Assembly: GCA_031459935.1 (NCBI GenBank)
Contig: JAVKHN010000001.1
Coordinates: 23,388 to 87,387 of the forward strand
Direction of reading: 5' to 3'
Source: Candidatus Sysuimicrobium calidum
GTDB taxonomy: Bacteria; Sysuimicrobiota; Sysuimicrobiia; Sysuimicrobiales; Sysuimicrobiaceae
DNA length: 64,000 nucleotides
Part shown: one piece after another, positions 59,724 to 64,000 of the stretch
Position numbering within the stretch: the stretch's first letter is position 1
Layout of the letters: each line of letters opens with the position of its first letter
Position numbers and translations under genes: made by a program
The notes under the pieces: model-generated
What the model was told of the DNA's origin: nothing
What the model saw: the letters and a program-made list of their open reading frames with translations, nothing else
Database searches by the model: none

Positions 59724-61544
59724 ATGAAGCGTGCATTCCCCAGCCCGTTCGAGATCCCCACCCCCCCGGGTGCGGAGGGATGGGAGGAGATGTACCCGCC
59801 CTATCTCCGATTCACCGAGCACCGGAGGGCGGCGGAGGAGAGTCGGCTGTGGGTGTGGAACAGCATGCACTTCCCAGAGCCCATCTATCCCTTCGACATC
59901 ATCACCGCGGACGACGGGTACATCGCCATCGGGCAGATCAACACCCGGGTGTTCCTGCTCCCCACGGCCCTGGGCATCGAGCACCGGGTGCTCAATGGCT
60001 ATGTCTACATCAGCGGGATCCCGGTCACGGATCCAAAGGAGGTGGAGCATCGAGCCCGGATCTTCACCGAGCGGGCGGGCTACTACTACCGGAACTGGAA
60101 CGATCTGTATGAGAAATGGCTGGGGAAAGTACAGGAGACCATCCGCGAGCTGGAGGCCCTGCAGGTTCCGGACCTGCCGGGGGTGGAGCCGGCTTCCCTG
60201 GTGACGGAAGGGAGGGGACTGGCCTCCGCCTACGACCTCCTGGTGGCCTACCATCGCCTCCTGGAGAGCTTCTGCAAGATCTACCAGTATCACTTCGAGC
60301 TGCTGGTGCTGGGGTACGCGGCGTACCTGAGCTTCACCCAGTTCTGCAAGCAGCACTTCCCGGAGATCTCCGATCAGACCATCGCGAAGATGGTGGCAGG
60401 TCTGGAACAGGACATCCCCATCTTCCGACCGGACGAGGAGCTGAAGCGCCTCGCGCGCCTCGCGGTGGCCCTGGGGGTGGCTGCGACGGTGAAGCGGACG
60501 AAGACCCTCCAGGAGCTCGAGGAGGCCCTCTCCGCGGCGGAGGCGGGAAGACGCTGGTTGCAGGAGTTCCACGGTGTCCAACATCCCTGGTTTTACTACT
60601 CCTGCGGCAACGGCTTCTACCACTACCACGGCAGCTGGGTGGAGAACCTGGACGTCCCGCTGAGCGCCATCCGACGGTACGTGGAGCTCCTGGAGGCAGG
60701 CGAGCGGATTGACCGGGATGTCCCCGGCCTCATCGCGGAGCGGGATCGTATCACCGCGGCCTACCGCGCCCTGCTCCCGGACGAGGCCACCCGCCGGGCT
60801 TTCGACGAGACCCTGGGGCTCGCGCGTACGGTGTTCCCCTATGTGGAGGGCCACGGGTTCTACGTGGAGCACTGGCACTGGACCGTGTTCTGGCAGAAGG
60901 CCCGGCAGTTCGGAAAGCTGCTGGCGAAGTACGGGTTTCTGCGTCAGCCCCAGGACGTCTTCTGCCTGCACCGCCACGAGGTGTCCCAGGCCCTGGAGGA
61001 GCTGCGACTCACGTGGGCCACGGGGGGAGAACCCCTGGGCCCCAAGTACTGGCCACCCATCGTGGCCCGCCGTCGGGCCATCCTGGAGCGGCTGCGGGAG
61101 TGGACACCGCCGCCGGCCCTGGGTCCTGCGCCCGATGAGGTGACGGATCCCATGCTCATCATGTTGTGGGGCGTGACCACGGAGCGTATCCAGGAGTGGC
61201 TCGGACAGGCGGAGGGAGGGGAGAAAACCCTCACTGGGTACGCCGCCTCCCCCGGGGTGGTGGAGGGGACGGCCCGGGTGATCCGGGCGGTGGAACAGCT
61301 GGATGAGGTACAGCCCGGGGAGATCCTGGTGGCACCCCTTACCATGGCCAACTGGACACCGGTGTTCGCCCGCATTCGCGCGGTGGTGTGCGACATCGGT
61401 GGAATCATGAGCCACGCGGCCATCGTGGCTCGGGAGTACGGGCTGCCAGCTGTGGTAGGCACGCGGTTCGGAACCTCCCGGATCCGCACCGGGCAACGGA
61501 TCCGGGTGGATGGGGATCGGGGAGTGGTGACCGTTCTGGAGTGA
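59724..61544 (+). CDS. PEP-utilizing enzyme mobile-domain protein (PEP synthase / pyruvate phosphate dikinase family, phosphohistidine swivel domain at C-terminus)
   Basis: C-terminal GYAASPGVVEGTARVI...GEILVAPLTMANWTPVF...GGIMSHAAIVAREYGLPAVVG swivel-domain motif with catalytic His. The N-terminal 450 aa have no recognisable PEP-binding or ATP-grasp motifs. Confidence 0.65.
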   Translation: MKRAFPSPFEIPTPPGAEGWEEMYPPYLRFTEHRRAAEESRLWVWNSMHFPEPIYPFDIITADDGYIAIGQINTRVFLLPTALGIEHRVLNGYVYISGIPVTDPKEVEHRARIFTERAGYYYRNWNDLYEKWLGKVQETIRELEALQVPDLPGVEPASLVTEGRGLASAYDLLVAYHRLLESFCKIYQYHFELLVLGYAAYLSFTQFCKQHFPEISDQTIAKMVAGLEQDIPIFRPDEELKRLARLAVALGVAATVKRTKTLQELEEALSAAEAGRRWLQEFHGVQHPWFYYSCGNGFYHYHGSWVENLDVPLSAIRRYVELLEAGERIDRDVPGLIAERDRITAAYRALLPDEATRRAFDETLGLARTVFPYVEGHGFYVEHWHWTVFWQKARQFGKLLAKYGFLRQPQDVFCLHRHEVSQALEELRLTWATGGEPLGPKYWPPIVARRRAILERLREWTPPPALGPAPDEVTDPMLIMLWGVTTERIQEWLGQAEGGEKTLTGYAASPGVVEGTARVIRAVEQLDEVQPGEILVAPLTMANWTPVFARIRAVVCDIGGIMSHAAIVAREYGLPAVVGTRFGTSRIRTGQRIRVDGDRGVVTVLE

Positions 61545-61582
61545 ACTCGGGGGCCGGGGGAGAGGCCGGGCCCCCGGTCCGG

Positions 61583-64000
61583 CTATAGCTCCGCCACTGC
61601 CTTCATCTGCCGGTACCGCGGCATGCCGGTCCCGGCCGGGATGAGCTTCCCGATGATCACGTTCTCCTTGAGACCCAGCAGAGGGTCCACCTTGCCCTTG
61701 GTGGCCGCATCCGTGAGCACCCGGGTGGTCTCCTGGAAGCTCGCCGCGGACAGCCACGAATCCGTGGCAAGAGCCGCCTTGGTAATGCCCATGAGCACGG
61801 GATCCGCCTCCGCGGGCCGCCCACCCCGGGCCTGAACCCTCCGGTTCTCCTCCTGGAAGGCGAACACGTCCACGAGCTCTCCGGGGAGGAACTCCGTATC
61901 GCCCTCGTCCCGGATCTTCACCCGCCGCAGCATCTGGCGCACGATGATCTCGATGTGCTTGTCGTTGATCTCCACGCCCTGGGAGCGGTACACGCTCTGG
62001 ATCTCCTCCACCAGGTACCTCTGCAACGCCTCCACGCCCTGGATGCGGAGGATGTCGTGGGGGTTGAGGGGCCCCTCCGTGAGCCGCTGGCCCGCCTCCA
62101 CGAACTCCCCCTCGGAGACCAGGAGACGCTGGCCGAAGGGCACCACGTACTCCCGGGCCTCCTCCTTCCCCTGAACCACCACCTTCCGGGTTCGCTTCTC
62201 TTCCACGATGGAAACCCGGCCCGAGGTCTCCGCCATGATGGCCTGTCCCTTGGGCTTGCGGGCCTCAAAGAGCTCCTCCACCCGGGGTAGGCCCTGGGTG
62301 ATATCAAACCCTGCGATTCCGCCCGTGTGGAAAGTGCGCATGGTGAGCTGCGTTCCGGGCTCTCCAATGGACTGAGCTGCGATCACTCCCACGGCCTCTC
62401 CTACGTCCACGAGCTTCCCGGTGGCCAGGTTGCGGCCGTAGCACCTGCTGCACACCCCGTAGCGGGTCTCGCAGGTGAGTACGCTCCGCACGGGCACCCG
62501 CTCGATCCCCGCCTCCTCGATGGCCTCCGCGATCTCCTCCGTGATCTCCTCCCCGGCCCGGACGAGGGGGGTTGTGCCCTCGGGCGGGTAGACGTGGCGG
62601 GCAGCGATACGGCCCACAATGCGATCCCGCAGGGGGACTGCGATCTCGTTGCCCTGCCGGGCGGGCTCCATCCAGATGAACCGATCCGTCCCGCAGTCCT
62701 CCTCCCGCACCATCACATCCTGGGCCACGTCCACGAGCCTCCGGGTGAGATATCCGGACTCGGAGGTCCGGATGGCGGTGTCCGCCAGTCCCTTGCGCTG
62801 GCCATGCATGCCGATGAAGTACTCCAGGACCGTGAGGCCCTCCCGGAAGTTGCTCTTGATGGGGATCTCGATGATCCGGCCGGAGGGGTCCGCGAACAGC
62901 CCCCGCATGCCCGCCAGCTGCCGGATCTGCTGCATGTTCCCCCGGGCACCCGACTGGGCCATCATGTAGAGCGGGTTGAAGGGATCGAAGCGCTTGAGCA
63001 TGGCGTTGGTGATGGCCTCCGTGGCCTCGTTCCACACATCGATGGTGCGCAGGTACCGCTCCTCGTCCGTGATGAGGCCCCGGTGGTACTGCTGGTTGAT
63101 GACCTCCACCTTCCGCTCCGCGTCCGCCAAGATCTGTTCCTTCTCGGGCGGGATCACCAGGTCCGTCATGGCAATGCCCATCCCAGACTGGGTGGCGTAT
63201 CGGAACCCCAGGTCCTTGAGGGCATCCAGCAGCTGCGCGGTCTTCGTGGGCCCGAGCCGGTAGTAGGCGTCCGTGACGATCTGGCTCAGGACCTTCCGGT
63301 CACACACCTGGTCCACGAACCGCAGCTCCTCCGGCAGGGCTTCGTTGAAGATCACCCGGCCCACCGTGGTCTCGATGGGCTCCGTTCCGGGCGCAAGCCG
63401 CACCTTGATCTTTGCATGCAGATCCACCACCCCGTGCTCGTAAGCCAGGAGCACCTCCGAGGGGGTGCTGAAGACCTTGCCCTCCCCCTTGGCCCCCGGG
63501 CGCTCCAGGGTGAGGTAGTAGCACCCGAAGACGATGTCCCGCTGCGGGCTCGCCACCGCCTTTCCGGAGGCGGGCAGGAGGATGTTGTAGGAGGAGAGCA
63601 TCAACAGCCGTGCCTCCGCCTGGGCCGCCGCGCTGAGGGGCACGTGTACCGCCATCTGATCGCCGTCGAAGTCCGCGTTGTACGCGGTGCACACGAGGGG
63701 ATGGATCTGGATGGCCTTGCCCTCGATGAGCACGGGCTCGAACGCTTGGATGCCCAGCCGGTGGAGGGTGGGAGCCCGGTTGAGAAGCACGGGGTGTTCC
63801 TTCACCACATCCTCCAGCACGTCCCATACCTCGGGACGCTGGCGTTCCACCATGCGCTTGGCGTTCTTGATGTTCTGCGCCAGGTTGCGCTCCACCAACT
63901 TCTTCATCACGAAGGGCTTGAAGAGCTCCAGAGCCATCTCCTTGGGGAGTCCACACTGGTGGAGCTTCAACTTGGGGCCCACCACGATGACGGAGCGGCC
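61583..64000 (-). CDS. rpoC: DNA-directed RNA polymerase subunit beta' (3' portion; gene continues beyond window end)
   Basis: [14 protein letters not shown] catalytic motif, [21 protein letters not shown] region, C-terminal ...[18 protein letters not shown]. Confidence 0.9.
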   Translation of the reverse strand, partial: GRSVIVVGPKLKLHQCGLPKEMALELFKPFVMKKLVERNLAQNIKNAKRMVERQRPEVWDVLEDVVKEHPVLLNRAPTLHRLGIQAFEPVLIEGKAIQIHPLVCTAYNADFDGDQMAVHVPLSAAAQAEARLLMLSSYNILLPASGKAVASPQRDIVFGCYYLTLERPGAKGEGKVFSTPSEVLLAYEHGVVDLHAKIKVRLAPGTEPIETTVGRVIFNEALPEELRFVDQVCDRKVLSQIVTDAYYRLGPTKTAQLLDALKDLGFRYATQSGMGIAMTDLVIPPEKEQILADAERKVEVINQQYHRGLITDEERYLRTIDVWNEATEAITNAMLKRFDPFNPLYMMAQSGARGNMQQIRQLAGMRGLFADPSGRIIEIPIKSNFREGLTVLEYFIGMHGQRKGLADTAIRTSESGYLTRRLVDVAQDVMVREEDCGTDRFIWMEPARQGNEIAVPLRDRIVGRIAARHVYPPEGTTPLVRAGEEITEEIAEAIEEAGIERVPVRSVLTCETRYGVCSRCYGRNLATGKLVDVGEAVGVIAAQSIGEPGTQLTMRTFHTGGIAGFDITQGLPRVEELFEARKPKGQAIMAETSGRVSIVEEKRTRKVVVQGKEEAREYVVPFGQRLLVSEGEFVEAGQRLTEGPLNPHDILRIQGVEALQRYLVEEIQSVYRSQGVEINDKHIEIIVRQMLRRVKIRDEGDTEFLPGELVDVFAFQEENRRVQARGGRPAEADPVLMGITKAALATDSWLSAASFQETTRVLTDAATKGKVDPLLGLKENVIIGKLIPAGTGMPRYRQMKAVAEL

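Overview
The window is 64 kb of about 70% GC bacterial chromosome. I cannot assign the organism from sequence alone; the AGGAGG-type ribosome-binding sites and the three-gene purSQL layout suggest a Gram-positive-like or deep-branching, thermophile-like lineage (inference). Long spurious antisense ORFs, expected at this GC content, are treated as noise.

Content in order:
- 1-1.4 kb: XdhC/CoxI and MobA/MocA-like molybdo-enzyme maturation genes.
- 1.5-9.1 kb: a Liv-type branched-chain amino-acid ABC transporter and a TAXI-type TRAP transporter. Each is preceded by a copy of the same conserved ~85-nt leader.
- 9.1-35.5 kb: an accessory/catabolic block. It holds a GntR/FadR regulator, several amidohydrolases (one Tat-exported, one decayed paralog fragment), SDRs and a bicupin. 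It also holds a second Liv-type ABC system, a 3-hydroxyisobutyrate-DH-family reductase, 2-oxoacid dehydrogenase E1alpha/E1beta/E2 with an M24 hydrolase inserted between E1beta and E2, and an aldehyde dehydrogenase. The block ends with an orphan xanthine-DH/CoxL-family molybdopterin subunit, a VOC dioxygenase-like gene, an FAH-family gene, two orphan solute-binding proteins and RidA.
- 35.7-48.1 kb: a translationally coupled purine operon purD-purA-purB-purC-purS-purQ-purL-purF-purM-purN-purH, followed by a purine phosphoribosyltransferase-like gene.
- 49.8-55.5 kb: an rRNA operon 16S-23S-5S with tandem sigma70-like promoters and a strong terminator. The 23S gene is interrupted in helix 69 (E. 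coli U1917 equivalent) by a ~748-nt group-I-type intron carrying a LAGLIDADG homing endonuclease gene. This is the most unusual feature of the window.
- 55.6-64 kb: an HxlR-DoxX-SPW redox-type module, ispG, an SQR-like flavoprotein, a PEP-utilizing mobile-domain protein, and the 3' part of rpoC (convergent).

No tRNA genes, CRISPR arrays or transposases were recognised.
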